Position numbers and translations under genes: made by a program. The notes beneath the pieces were generated by a model, which worked only from the letters and a program-made list of their open reading frames with translations, was not told the DNA's origin and ran no database searches. This document shows, one piece after another, positions 11,527 to 24,601 of a DNA stretch of 64,000 nt. Positions within the stretch are counted from its first letter, which is position 1; each line of letters begins with the position of its first letter. Origin of the DNA: Phyllosticta citribraziliensis (lineage: Eukaryota); assembly GCF_038025025.1 (NCBI RefSeq), contig NW_027117341.1:1178001-1242000 (forward strand), read 5' to 3'.

Positions 11527-13083
11527 TTGCCTAGCTCGTGGTGGTGGTTGTGGTTGTTTTGCCTGCAGTGTCGTATGAGGAGTGGCTTGCTGGCTTTTCT
11601 TTTGCAAGGAGAAACAAACAAACAGGAAAGGTGATGGCAGTGGGGCATGGATCTTGGCAATGGGGCCATGGGTATGGGGGAATGTACTCTGTAAAGCAGA
11701 TGATGGGCGTATCGGTGCAGCGTGCGGATGACGTTGTGCTCGCGTCCAGGAGGAAGCAAGCAGAGCGAAGACTACCCACGTGCACGTAGTTGGGGAATGC
11801 CCTTCTCTGTGCTAATTTCCATCGTCACCATTGTCCTGGTTATGGCCGGTCTCATCGCTAAACAAAACCTCTCTCGCTGCCTGACTGCCGACCTACCTAC
11901 CTCGTGCCTCGCACCTCCCACCCCCCGACCTATGGTCATGTCGTTGAGCGCACGAGCACGAGAACGAGCGCAATCGGTTGAGAGAGACGAGGGAAGACGG
12001 ACATGCCTGGTGATTGGCGAATTGGACCGGAGCGCCGGTGGAGTGGCGTCTGCAGTGCGAGCTGTGGTGCGGCGGTTGTGGGAGTAAGAGGGGGGTGACT
12101 AATGCAGAAGCGTTGAGGCTGCCTCGTACCGTAGGCACGAAATGGATGCATGTGCCTGCCAGGTGAATGGATGCATCCGTGTGGGAAGAGGGGGGTTGGT
12201 TGCGGGTTGCGGCGATTCAAATGGATGTTTCTAGCGATGTTGGTTTGACTGCCTACATACATGTAGGTTGGTGCTGGGAGTAGTAGGTATGTAGCGCGCG
12301 CCGGGTTTGGCTGGAGCGGTGGGTGCAGATGGGTGGCGAGAAACATGCTGTTTGCAGCAGCCAGGACTCGCCGCCCGCGCGCCCGCCCGCCGTTTTCCGT
12401 CGTGTTTCCTGGCTCGCGTCAAGCGTTTCGCGCCGTCGAAATTTCCCGACGCCCTGGGGTAGTACCTAGCTCTTCACCAGCAGTGGCACAAGAACGACAA
12501 CGAGGATCGAACGAAGACTCGACTGGTCAATTGATTCGCCCCGCGGTCGTCGTGAAGGAATGAGGAGGATTGGGCGCGTGGGCCCTCGAGCCAAGGGCGG
12601 CGTGCTGTCAGTGGCTGATGGCGAACTACATGTACTTGGCCCGCATGTAACTGGAGGTGGTGGTGATGGCGGTGGGTGGCACAAGTACCTGACAAAGTGC
12701 GGGGGCGGCTTGGGCTGTTGGCTGACAGAGCGGAGCAGATGGCAAAGTGGAAGAATGCCGTGTTCCTTGTGTGTGTGTGTGTGTGCATGTGAGTCGTCAG
12801 CTTGTTGCCTTGTTGCGTGAGGTGGTTCATGCGAGGTCGGGGCCGGGGCCTGTGAGGTGAGAGAGCGGGCCTCCATGTGGAGGACGTGGGTCCCCGCGTT
12901 ACGAGGCTGTCTGTTCTTGCGACGACAGGCGTGACGTGACGGCTTGACGATGGAGGAGAAGCCGGACAAAGGCAATGAGGCGCAATGGGAATGGCCATGG
13001 CCATGGCCATGGGGAGCTTGGGTTCCTTGTGGGAGCTGGAGCTTGGAGCTGGCTGAGGTGGCACCTTGATGAGCCTCAGCAGC

Positions 13084-13123
13084 ACCATCACCATCACCAT
13101 CATCATCATCATCATCACCACCA
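13084..13123. repeat. (CAC/CAT)n microsatellite
   Basis: Read directly; it produces a spurious poly-His ORF. Confidence 0.85.
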
Positions 13124-13424
13124 GATCAGGATTTTTTGCATTGCCTCTGGGACCCGCCCGCCAATTCGACGCTCTAGAGTCCCGTCGTCTCGCCCTCCTG
13201 TCTTCGTCACCCCGCCCGCTTCGTGCTAGCCAACCATCATCCACCATGGCCGACAACCACAGCTTTGTCACGCGCCTCCGCCATGGCGTACTCCAGTCTT
13301 CCTCCAGTCCTTTCCCTTCCCCTCTTCCCATCTTCCATCTTCCCTCTTCCCTCGTCCTCCCTCTCCCTCCCTCCTCCCTCCTCTACATCTCCCCTCCGCA
13401 ATTGACTCGTCCTTCTAAGCAAAA

Positions 13425-14414
13425 ATGCCTCTCGCCAACCCCTTCAAGGCCCACGAGGAGCACTCTCGCCGCGCCGTCAACACCCACAAGGTCCTGACGG
13501 CCGTCTCATACCTGCTGCTGCTCATCACCGCTCTCTACTACACCTTTGAGCGCCCACACGAGGGCAAGCATGCCCGCCGCACCATCTGGGGCCAGAACGA
13601 TGCCCATCCCTCGCCCTTTGCCCTCAACTCGGTCATCGTGACCATCTACTGGTACGTCCGCCACCGCCGGGCCGTCCAGCTCCCTCACCACAACTAATTC
13701 TCCGCCCAGGATCGTCCTCTTCATCCTCCAGATCGGATACCAGTGGCACCTGTACTCGAACAACGCCGTCTACGTCGCCGCCGCCGCCAACGTCGGCTCG
13801 CACTTCATCACGTCCAACCTGCTGCTGTTCGGCTTCGTCCACCTGTGGGTGCGCTCGCACTTTTGGCTGGCGCTGCTGCTGCTCGTCATCAACTTCTTCA
13901 ACCTGTCGGCCGCCTACTTCCGCCACAGCACCACGCCGCGCTTCATCCACATCCCCGTCGTCAGCGGGCCCTTGGCCTGGAACTTTGTCGCCCTCTACTG
14001 GGTCGGCGCCGTCGCCGTCCACGCCCACAACCTCCCCGCCCGCATCGTCGCCAACATCTTTGTCTGGGGCATCCTCGTCTACGGCCTGTTCTTCCTCGTC
14101 GCCTACAAGGACTACACCATTGGCTTCGAATTGTCTGTCCTGGCGGCCGGTACGTTTTTCTTCCCCTCCCCCACCAACTCCCCATGCACACGTAACCCCA
14201 CAACTAACGCTCCTCAACAACAGCCCTCGGCGTGGCCCAATTCTTCACCAAGGTCATTGCCTTCCAGTGGATCTTCGCCTTTGTCATCATGGCCCTCCTC
14301 TTCCTCACGTCCGTCGCCGTCGCCGTGCCCGGCGTCCTGGGCCGCGACCCCTTCAAGCGCGGCGAGATTGTCTCCGAGGACCGCGAGCGCGCCCCGCTGC
14401 TCGCCGACAACTAA
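13425..14414 (+). CDS. Fungal multi-pass membrane protein (DUF1774-like), 3 exons
   Basis: Joined ORFs NPFKAHEEHS..TIWGQN..PFALNSVIVTIYW / IVLFILQIGY..VGSHFI..RHSTTPRFIHIPVVSGPLAW..KDYTIGFELS / QFFTKVIAFQWIFAFVIM..ERAPLL. Introns at about 13652-13709 and 14150-14223. An upstream exon from ATG 13246 is possible. Family assignment from memory. Confidence 0.8.
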
Positions 14415-15108
14415 GCCACCCTCACCCACGCACATGCCGCGACCCGGCAAACGAGGCTCCGGCCGGGGCCTCGAAAGGCCCTTGGTGTCGTCGGTTCATA
14501 ATCGACGTCTGCATCTTCTCAGGCGCACGCACTCAGAGATCGGTATCCCATGGCGATGACGGTGTAACGGACCCTTTCTTCTCTCTTTGGCGAAAAATTG
14601 GCATTGACATGTGGCATGGATAGGACTTGACTCGGGGTGTGGAGTTGGCATGGAATAAGGAAGGGGAGGATGCGGTGGATTGTAAATGTAGCTTTGGACT
14701 CTGCTCTCTACGACGTAATGGAAAGGAAAAACTCATGACGGATTGCCTGGCTTGGATTGACTGACTGAATGGATGTGTTGTTGTTGCTGATGTGAGATGG
14801 GGTTGGCGTGACGTACCTGTGTATTGTCCCCCCACGCAAGCAACAGCAACACACCCCTCCCAAAGGAAAAGCCTACCGACGGCCCCCTTCCCTGTTTAAC
14901 ACCCAAGTCGGCAAGACTTTACCAAGATTTCCCACGAGACCAAGGACAAGGGTCAGGGTTTCGGGAAGTGTGTAAGGGAAGCACAGAGAGTAGGTCAAGG
15001 ATTAGCCTAGGTGCCGACGTTGCTGTAAACCGGGAGAGGGAGAGGCGTCATTAGATTTCTTTCGCCCTCCCAAACCCACCCCACCCCGACCAACATCCGT
15101 CTCGCCGC

Positions 15109-17395
15109 CTACCACGCCCTCAGCACACCCTCCAAAAACGCCCTCAACGCCCTCCCCTCCTCCAAATCCCCCACCCACGCCACAACCTGATCCGGCCTCA
15201 CCACCACCACCGCCCCCTTCTCTCCATCAACGCCCAGCCCCTCGTACGCCCTGTCCCACCCCTCGTGGTAGCTCGGCGCGTCCGCCCACACGCGCTCGTA
15301 GTCCCACCCCGCCTCCTCGCTGAACGGGTGCAGGATGGCCGGGAAGTGCTGCAGCAGCTCGACGCCCTCGCGCGGCGCGCTGTGGATCGTCAGCACCTGC
15401 AGCGGCGCGGCGGCGCTGTTGAGCGCCGTGCCGGCGGGCGTGAAGGCGCGCAGGAGCCCGGCTTCGCCTTCGAGGGAGGAATCGCAGAACGCGCGCACGC
15501 GCTCCGCCTGCGGCGCCGCGAGCACGTTGCCCGCGAACAGCAGGATGCGGAAGGGCGGGCTCGGCCCGGCGCTCGGCAGCAGCGCGTGCAGGTGCAGCGG
15601 CAGCGCCGACGCCTGGTTGACGACCTTGTAGCTGGGGATGCGCGTGCCAATCGGCACCCTCGCCGCGCGGGGCGAGCGCGGGGCGGGCGGGATGAGCTTC
15701 GGGGGCGGGTGGTTCGCGTGCGGGCTCTCAGGGGGCGGCGCGTCGGCGGGCGCGGCGTCGGGCGGGATGCTGATGAGGGCCGACGGCGCGTACGTGACGC
15801 TGAGGCCCGACGTGAAGAGGGCGTGGCGGTCGAAGGCGGCGCGCAGCGCGGCCATGCTGACGCCCTCCTTGTCGGCAATGTCGCGCGCCGGCCGCCCCGT
15901 GAAGAGCCGCGAGAACTGGTGGTCGAAGGCGATGAGCTGGTTGGCGATGGCGCGGCGCTCCGGGTCGTAGGTCGCGAGCAGCGCGGTGCGCGTGGCGCTC
16001 AGCTTCTGCACCGTGAGGGCGAGTTTCCAGCCCAGGTTGTAGCCGTCGGCCATGGAGACGTTCATGCCTTGCCCGGCTTTGGGCGAGTGCGTGTGCACGG
16101 CGTCGCCGGCGAGGAAGACGCGGTTGTGGAGGGCGAACGAGGGCGCGACGCGTTGGCCGATCTGTTGGTGGTTGGGTTAGCGTCAGGGGGCCCAGGGGGG
16201 GACGGCAAAAACGCCCACCTGGTATGCAGTCCACCAGTCGCAGTAGTTGTAGCGCAGCTGGTACGGACTGAGAATCTTCTGCGCCGCCTTGAAGATGATG
16301 TCGGGCGTGATTTTGGAGCGGTCGGCGCGGCCGCTGGCGGCGTCGGGCACAATCTCCTTCAGCTGGATGTACAGACGCACCAGGCCGCGCTCGCGCGGAA
16401 TCACCATCAGCGTGCCCTGGTCGGCGCTGTGGATGACGCAGCGCTGCCGGATGTCGGGGAAGTCGGTGATGGGGATGATGTCTGCGCGTCCATGTCAGAA
16501 AGGGTCGTCTGGACTCTCGATGTTGATCGGCTTACCCAAAACTCCCCAGATAAAGTCCGTCGCCTCGCCCTGCATCTCGAAGCCCAGTTGCCTCCTCGTC
16601 CAGCTGTGTGCGCCGTCGCAGCCAACCACGTACTTGGCCCTGAGCACCTCCTCGGTGCCGCCCTTTTCGCGGTTCTTCCGAATCAAGTCGTCCGTGTCGT
16701 CCGGCGACAGGTTGCTGCGATACAAACCATCGCCATTCGCGGTCCCCGACGCCGACTTGACCTGCTCAGGCATGGCCTCCTCGTCCGTCAAGTGCCGCAG
16801 CTTGACCGTGATGGGATGGGCATCCTCGTCCTCGACCTGCGCCTCGTCGACGTCCAGCGACACGGGCAGCACGCCGCGCTCCACCTCAATGTCCGAGTGC
16901 TCCTTCATGTGGTCCAGGAAGAAGCGCTCGATCCGCCCCTGCTGCAGCACGCACTCGGTGAAGCGCGAGATGCTGGGCGGCGTGTCTGGCACGCGGTCTG
17001 ACCGGCGAATCTTGCCATCACCGCCGGGATTCCACATGCAAATCTGCCTGTCGTTAGCTAGACCTCAGGGCAGTACATGGAGCCGTCTACTTGCCTCCAG
17101 CATGTGGTTCGACTCTTTCCACGCGCGGTCCGCAAAGCCGAAACTGTCAAAGATTTCGAGGCTGCGGCATTGCAGGCCATCGGCTTGCCCCGTGAAGATC
17201 TTGGTGCCCCGCTTGTCGACGATGCGTGTCTTGATGCCGCTGCGAGCCATCCAGGCCGCCGTCATCAGGCCTGCTGGCCCGGCACCTATGATAAGCCTGT
17301 GGCAAGCGTCAGTCGAAACCCATGCAAAATGAAACCAGCAGTAAAACTCACACGTCGCATTTGGACTCTGGCGTCTCGGTGACAGTCATCTTCAT
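15109..17395 (-). CDS. FAD-dependent phenol 2-monooxygenase (phenol hydroxylase family), multi-exon
   Basis: DVLIIGAGPAGL (GxGxxG), GQADGLQCRSLEIFDSFG, VVGCDGAHSWTR, FLAGDAVHTHSPKAGQGMNVSMAD, and C-terminal VVVRPDQVVAW thioredoxin-like domain. Upstream TATATAT near 17480. Confidence 0.93.
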
Positions 17396-18220
17396 CTCAA
17401 GAAACCGATGTGTATTGTCCAGGACGAGGGCTCAATGGACGAGCGTAGCACAGCTGCAATGTGAGCAGGCGGAGCCGCGATATATAAAGGTGATCGAGCC
17501 CATCGTGTTAGGTGCAGGCCCAAGAAACGTCTGTGTAGCGGCATCGACAATCGGTTCGAGCACGCAGCCATTCAACTACTGCGGGGACGTTGCTTGAGGG
17601 GTTGTCCGAGGGGCAGGGTCCACGACTCGGTGGGGGAAACGGCAGGGATATGACGTATTGACGATACTTAGCTCATCTTTACAAAGCCGCCTCGACTATA
17701 GGTTGCCGATCAAGTGGGTCGTCAATGTTGCTCACGTAAAACCACTGAATGCTGAGCAATGCGAATCGCAGTCCATTGCTGTAGAGGTTGGTAGTGTACA
17801 AGTACATTTCTGCGATTGTAAGCTTACAAATGCTGACATGCGAGGAAATGGAACATTCGCTGAAGAGTCCAAGGTGGAAGTAAAATGATGAAAACATTTC
17901 CTAAAGGGGTATCCTTCTCCAATCCTCCATACGCCGGTGAATGATTACATCCTCAGGTCCTGCTAGGATCGATGGATGGATGAAATGGCTGGGAACCGGT
18001 AATTCCGAATGCCTCTAGAAACCCTCCTGCAGGTTCCGAAACGGTCTAAATCCGACTCCATCTGTACCGCAACACCAATGTGAGTTTGCAGGCCTGACGA
18101 GCAACATGTCGAATATCCATGGGCCGTTGTGGACTGCGTCGGATTTACAGCCCGATGCAAAGGACTCATCTACCGTCTTCGGATGCCCACGTCCATCTTC
18201 TGCGCGATCAGGCATTGTCT

Positions 18221-19206
18221 CTATGCTTCGATCAAATCCGGGACTGGCGGACCTACTCCTCGGAGGAGCACAATGGTATTTCCGGTCTGGCATGCTTTGC
18301 CAATCTTCTCGCTGAAATCGAGCAGCCTGCCTCCTTCTACGTGGAAGACTCGCAGCCTGTCTTTTTCTCCTCCGCCCCGGTTGTTGACGTTTTCTACCTG
18401 CAGTTCCTTGGCTGCCATGTCGAGTATCCTGCCGACGCTCCACTCGACGTTGTAAAAGAACTTGCCTGTTGGGTATTTGGCAGTTGTTGTGTCGGCAGAT
18501 GCTTCAACGTGGAGGTATACGCGCTTTTCTGGAGGTAATTTAGCATCGCCCTTGGCCGTCTTTTTGAGATTGTTGATGGCGGCTGCTCGTGCTGCTGGAG
18601 AGTTGGTCTTTGGTCCCAAAGACGTCTTCTTTGCCGTTTCTGACACAGCTGCCCTTTTACTGGCACCCCAGGCTCTCAACTTCTCCAGCGCCGCCAGCCC
18701 TTTCTCCTTGGATGTTCCGCCCGGTCGCGCACCGAGTGGCGTCAGCTTGGCGCAATCATGCTCCTCGCGCATCCTGTGCTTCAGGCAGTAATGTCGATTG
18801 CAGTCCGGACAGTGTATTCCAGGGACGAGCGAGGTGTTGATCAAGGTCTTGCAAACGGGAGAGGAGCATTGTTGTTCGTGGGTGAGTATATTCGGTCTGG
18901 TAGCGGAGGAAACGGAGGAGGGTGTGGACGAGGCTTCGCGTCTTGAGCGTGCCCACGCGCCAGCCTTGCTGCACTTGTGAGCACTCTCGGTGCGGTGGTC
19001 AAGGCAAAAGGTCCTACATCATGTTAGACTGTCCACGGTCGAGAGGAACACGGCACCTACCCTTTGCAGCTCTCACATTTGAATGGGAGGAAATCTAGCT
19101 GGTGGCAGAATGCCATTTGGCAATGGGCGCCAATAGCTTCAACGTCGCCGACAGACATGCTGGTATAGCTCTGAGGATCGCCTCCGGGGGGTGTTGATGA
19201 AGCCAT
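18221..19206 (-). CDS. CUZ1: AN1-type zinc finger protein (Cuz1/ZFAND1-like), 2 exons
   Basis: AN1 fingers IGAHCQMAFCHQLDFLPFKCESCKG|TFCLDHRTESAHKC and CPDCNRHYCLKHRMREEHDC. C-terminal WSVGRILDMAAKELQVENVNN Ubl-like region. Confidence 0.8.
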
Positions 19207-19858
19207 TGCAAAGGAATCGGGTCTAATATTTATAAGTGTGGCAAACGAGTGAGCCGGAAGAGCAAAGTCATGAGTGTGGATGGAGTGAAAAGAGCACAGT
19301 AATCCGCAGGCAGTCAAGTCTGCGTAATCACGACGAGTTGGAAACTGCGAGAATGAGGCGCAAGTCAGCCACCTCAGCGCAGCGCGGGAGTTCCACTGGG
19401 CGGGCAGTCCGGCAGCGTTGATCCCGATATCCGCCCGAGAAGGGTCTCCAGGTCGTCTCGTCCCGACTTGCCTCTGACGAAATGATCAAAGTTGAGCCGA
19501 CTGCTCATCTTCGCAATCAATTACTCCAGACGATAGTAGGTTCGAGTTGCCGATTCTACCACCGTGAGACATCTTTGAGCATTCAAGACTGCCATGCAGG
19601 TGTGGGCCTGTTGTGAGAAGACTGGCGCAGGATGGACTATGGACTGCTGCGTGACGAAAGGTAGCGCACTGCGAGGAAGAAAAGGGATGGTGAGGAGTAT
19701 CGTCGGTTTTCTTTGTCGATTAGAGATCTTCCTGATCACTGGATATTCGAACAGTCCTAGAGGCTGTGTGCATTTTTCGACATCGCCCCGAGCACGACCA
19801 TCGGCTCACATCGACCACACCTGCTTGTCACAACCACCTCAACATTCAGAATACACAT

Positions 19859-21094
19859 TCAATAAAATTGCAGCGATATACTTGCGCCGCTCAAATCATC
19901 CTTGACGCGCCCCTCGACATCTTTCAACTCTTCAGTGATATAACTCCGCAGCTCATCCCTGATATCCATGATTCTATCTTCCAACTTCAGCTCCACCGCA
20001 TCATCCGCCTCACTAAGCACCTCTTCGGGCAGCAGGTCCAGCCGCTCACCGAGAGCGTCCATCTCGCTGCGCAGCTCCTCGCGTAGCTTCTGCACTCGCG
20101 CGTGCATCTGCGACTGCAGGGTGGCCGTCAGCCGCGACTCGAGCTCTTGTAGTCGTGAGGCGAAGGATCGCTGCGTTTCGGCGAGGATTTGCTCGCGTAG
20201 CTCGCTTTCTTTGCGCTTGAAGAGAGTGCCGAAGATTTCTGAAATGCGGTCTTCGTCCATGTGCAGCGCGTTTGCTTCTTCAACGCGCCGCCGCTTCGAT
20301 GGCGTCCCGGCGTCGACGGCCGAATCTGATTTCTGCGATTAATGGGCGAACGGGACAAGGTTGGGGGAACACCAACCTTTTTCCACAAACCGCGGCAACA
20401 GCGGGGGCGGTGTGGGAGCGAGCTCGTCATAGGACGGGGGGCTTTCGGCTGGATGGTTCTCCAGCAAAGAGACGGATGTTGGTGCATTGAATCTGAATTC
20501 ACCTCCGTCAAATGTCCTGGCTCCATTGCCGCCGTAGAGACTGGACAGGTCTGCGTCTTGTGGGTGCGCGTTCAGAATCGTCTCATCATTGACCGACCGG
20601 CACAGGACGTCCAACTTCTTCTTGGAGATGTATCTGCTAGGAATGTATATGGTGAAAGCGGTGCACTGGGCCAGCGACTGCAGCATCTCCAGCACGTCGC
20701 CAGACCTCTTGTTCTTGGGCGTCAAGGAGATGGAAGGAGTAATGACAAGAGGCGCTTTGCTGAGCTTGAACGAAAGACTCGTCACGTGGGTATTGAGCTT
20801 TGCGCGAACAACCTGCGGGACTAGCCCATCGCCATTACTGGACAAGGAAAGTATATGTGTCGGGGGAATTGAAAGGAAGACTGATGCCTTGGTTCGCTGG
20901 GCTTTTAACGCGACAGGGACGCGTAGTTTGAAAGAAGCAGAATTGGTAGCGACATCGAGACGGACAGCGAAAGTTACGTTACATGACGGATCGGGGTGAA
21001 CGAGATGCTGTGAAGCGTCGCTCTTTGTGCAGTGCCATTCAGCAACAGCGTAAGCGCCTGAGAAATGGATATTTTCGTCTGAAGATGAAGCCAT
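19859..21094 (-). CDS. Hypothetical protein with C-terminal coiled coil, 2 exons
   Basis: Exon 1 MASSSDEN..AESPPSYDELAPTPPP..EK. An intron GTTGGT..TTAAT..TCAG (about 20326-20376) restores frame into DSAVDAGTPSKRRRVEE..MDEDR..LQELESRL..GASISLQFY*. Confidence 0.7.
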
Positions 21095-22947
21095 TGTGAA
21101 GAGAAGACCCCAGAATTCCCACCAAGTATACGCACCGCCGGATATCACTTGAGCCCGTAACTTCCAACAGTCCCGCACCCAGTCCCTGAACCCAAGAGTG
21201 GCAAGCCGGCTGGTCGGTCGTCGAGTGAGCGCGCTCAAAGTCCCTGTATGTTTCGCCTCGCGGATACGTGAAGTAAAGTGACGCTGACGGCGGCCGAAGC
21301 CCCTTGACAGACCCCAGATCTTTCACGGAAGGTTGCCGCGCTGCGGTCGTTCCGTGAGTAGATTCTGGCACACTGGTCTGCCTCGCGAATGACGATGCTT
21401 CAGAAGAGCCGCAAAGCAGACATACACGGCCACCTGTCCGGACGGGTGCCTTGGAACTTGTACGATGGCGAGTCGAGATGGCGAGAGGGAGGCTGTCGAC
21501 GTATGGATGAAAGACCGATGAATGTTGATGAGATGGAGTGGTTGGAGAGGTGACCGAACGGCGCCGAAGTCGAGGGCGGCTGGTTTGGTGGTCTGTGCGT
21601 CGTATCTAGAAGTCGTGGCCGTCCAACTCCTCCATCTCTCTCCTCCAACGCCTTCGGCTTCCTCCGATCCGTGACCTCTTCGAAGCGAGGACATCATGAT
21701 TCACGAAGCCAGCAACATTGCGGCTCAGGTCCACCGACTCATCAAACCCTGAATCGTACGTACAGGCGGACAACCATGTGCCACTCTCGTTCGTAAATCC
21801 TGCCACTTTACCTTCCTCCTTGGGATGGACCAACAACCACCACACTGGCCAGCCTTGTTGACTCGGGTCGACTCACTTCCAACAGATGTTCACGGCGTGT
21901 CTTGTTTCTTTCAAAATCAATGGCCGTCGAAGCTATCGGTGTGAAAAGCCCCGAAGCCAGGCACTACAACTCCCCGAATGAACCTGATGGCTGGGTTAAG
22001 GCTCAAGACGTTCAACACGTTTCCGGTTCCCCGGGTTCGTTGCTACCAGGAGATTACCCAACCATGAAGCTCGAGGAATACCCGAAAAGTTTCTGGTGCC
22101 GTTGGATGTCCGGAAATGGTTGGTCCATTCCCATCAAAGTCGAGTGCCGAATCGACTTGAACAACACATTCAATTCCCAAGAAATATCCCGTTGACACCG
22201 CGACACAGCATGAGAGCAACTCCAACCATTTAGGCTGGATCCCCCGGCCCGATTCTTGTCTCGTGTTCGCTATTCTGGTGTTCTGAATGTGGGGCCCGAG
22301 CTTTCTGATAATACACCATGACCACACAGGGGCCGGTTTGACTGCTTGACTCCGAAAGCGCGGATGATCCTCAACTTAATCCTCTACTTTATCGGGACCA
22401 AAGACTGCAAGGTGGACGTAGGGCTACCGAAATTGACCGCTCGCCTACTGAAGCTTAATCAGGCACCCAAACCAAACCCAGGCCAAGGCATACGAGATGA
22501 CATGGCGCTGCTTCGTAGGGCACTTTTGCGCGTGTCAATCCCAACAGCAACTATTGGCCAGAGACTCGAAGCTGTGGCCCGACGGTGTACCTGACTGAAT
22601 TGCTACTCATCCGCCTTGAACGCATGACTACTGTCGATAAACTAATGGACCGGCCCGCCCTGCTTTAAACATTAAGGACTTAGCCGAGAGCTTGTGCTGA
22701 TTTCGCTTGGGCGTTTCTACTGGGTTTGGCTATCTTTAATTCTGCCCTCATTTGCCAACTACCCCTGGATGCCTTGGTGTACCTGAAAACTGACGAGGAA
22801 GAAGGTAGCCCCGACGACAGAGATGTGTTTCAGATTGCAAAAATGGATAGATTGATGATTCGATTCTCTAGCGATGTGTACAGAAGCCATCCTGTGTGCT
22901 CCCAGCAGTTCCCATTCCCTTCTCATAACCGACGACAGAAGCTTCTC

Positions 22948-23286
22948 TTACGGGCACGCAATGCCGATCTTCTTGCTAATCGAGCAGCAGTCGGCATCCT
23001 GTCAAAAGTCAGCATCAGAGACAACATCCCGAGCTGCGGGACTTACGCAATCCTTCAGGTACACTCCGCGGTTGTAGCAGATGTCGTCCTGGTAGCTCTG
23101 CCTTTCACAGACCCACGAAATGCCATGTTGGCGGTAACAAGCGTCCTCGGTGCTCCAGCAGCAGTCCTGCTCCTCGGAACACTTTCCCGAATGTTAGCCG
23201 TGTTCGAATCGCGAGGTTCGTGGTGTACTTACGGCGAGAGCCATTGAGGCGAGGGCGAGGGTCAGGAGGCTGGTGATGAACTTCAT
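22948..23286 (-). CDS. Small secreted cysteine-rich protein (79 aa, 10 Cys), 3 exons; candidate effector
   Basis: Exons 23286-23233, 23181-23047 and 22998-22948 with GTAAGT donors and CTAAC/CTGAC branch sites. MKFITSLLTLALASMALA-CSEEQDCCWSTEDACYRQHGISWVCERQSYQDDICYNRGVYLKDC-DADCCSISKKIGIACP*. Confidence 0.88.
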
Positions 23287-23738
23287 GATGAAGGACGATT
23301 CTGTGACGAGGAGATGGCAATTCAACGGTGTGTTCTGCACCTGGAGCGTTCTGGCGGTCTGAGATCTATTTATCTGTTGGGCTGAGTCGAAAGCTGATGT
23401 TGTTGTCCCTGCTGGACGATTCAGGTATTCCGCGGAACTACCCATACGCGATCATTTGCAAGTACGGCCATCCAACGCACGGTCCCACTGATGTGTTGAG
23501 CGACTCCATGCCAGAGGCCGACCATACGTCCATCATGGTCCATGTGACTGAGTCTGGACCAAGCGCTGGAAGATGGAGAGAGATACGGTGTGACTCGCAC
23601 GCTGGGGCCTCATCTCCACGACCGTCCATCTGTCCGTACCAAAGCGACTATAAAGGCACTTGAAAAGCCTAGCAGAAATCGCTCCATCAACTCCACCGAA
23701 ATCTTTCTTCAACAACAACGACCACTGCCACCATCATT
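23287..23738. promoter_or_regulatory. Bidirectional promoter region between two secreted Cys-rich genes
   Basis: 452-bp head-to-head interval. TATAAA at about 23649 (+) and ATAAATA at about 23366-23372 (-). Confidence 0.55.
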
Positions 23739-24196
23739 ATGCGTGCCTCGATCTTCCTGACTGTCCTCTCCGCCGTCATTGGCGGCACCAACGCCTGCGC
23801 TCTCTACATGGACTGCAAGTGCCACAACACCAAGACCGGCGTATATCAACCCCTCCTCTTCGACCATGTCCTCTTCTCTCTAACAAGTATCTCGCTTGTA
23901 GCAACAAGACGACGCCACGACACAGGCCGCCTGCAAGTACTACAACGACAACTACGCGCCAAACTACCAGTACACGCCCGAATCGCACCACGAGGTAAAT
24001 GCCCGGCCCATCCCCCGCTCTGTTCCGCATGAATGGAGAACGAGAGAGCGACACCCCGGCTGACCAATTTGCTGTTTAGTGCACCGTTCTCAAGGAGACG
24101 TCGGGACCGATCAACAACTGCGAGTGGGACCAAGCGTGTAAATACGCGGGCGGCCCGGACATGTACCAGTACTGCTGGAACAAGTTCCCTTTCTAA
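23739..24196 (+). CDS. Small secreted cysteine-rich protein (103 aa, 8 Cys), 3 exons; candidate effector
   Basis: Exons 23739-23840, 23902-23994 and 24080-24196, all phase-0 junctions with CTAAC/CTGAC branch sites. MRASIFLTVLSAVIGGTNA-CALYMDCKCHNTKTG-QQDDATTQAACKYYNDNYAPNYQYTPESHHE-CTVLKETSGPINNCEWDQACKYAGGPDMYQYCWNKFPF*. Confidence 0.88.
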
Positions 24197-24601
24197 GCGA
24201 AGTGGCGCGAAAGGGAATGCGTTGGTTGGATTGATTGAGATAATTTGCTGTATAAACCCTCTTATTTGTATAAATGTGCAGAAAGTGCTTTGAGAAATCG
24301 CCGCGCGTAGTCTCTTCAATCGTTCGATTTGCCTCCGCATTGAACTGTTGGGTATATAGATGAGAAAGATCTTCTCTCAGAGGGTGTCAAAGCAACGGAT
24401 GCTCCTTGGGCTCATCCGTAGTGCTCGAAGACAGCGTCCTGGATGTAGTCGTGACTGAATTGCAGCTCATTGCTATCACTTCGCTATTCGTTGACACATC
24501 CTCGGCCATGCCGTACTCCTCGATGCGCCGAAAGATGAGAGGTGATGAAAAATCTCACCCAAAAGGCCTTCAATTCGATATAATGCAGTGACTGCATCCT
24601 C

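Noticed and set aside
11124..11759. Poly-Arg/Lys/Phe/Gly ORFs
   Set aside because: Produced by poly-G and (CTT)n tracts downstream of HOS3.
12975..13229. Poly-His ORF
   Set aside because: Artefact of a (CAC/CAT)n microsatellite upstream of the DUF1774-like gene.
15265..17001. 578-aa plus-strand ORF (likewise 34352-35743 and 60673-62424)
   Set aside because: Antisense shadows of GC-rich genes (phenol monooxygenase, sulfatase, RRP8).
21600..22600. Short ORF fragments in the accessory interval
   Set aside because: No recognisable motifs or consistent gene model; possible pseudogene debris.
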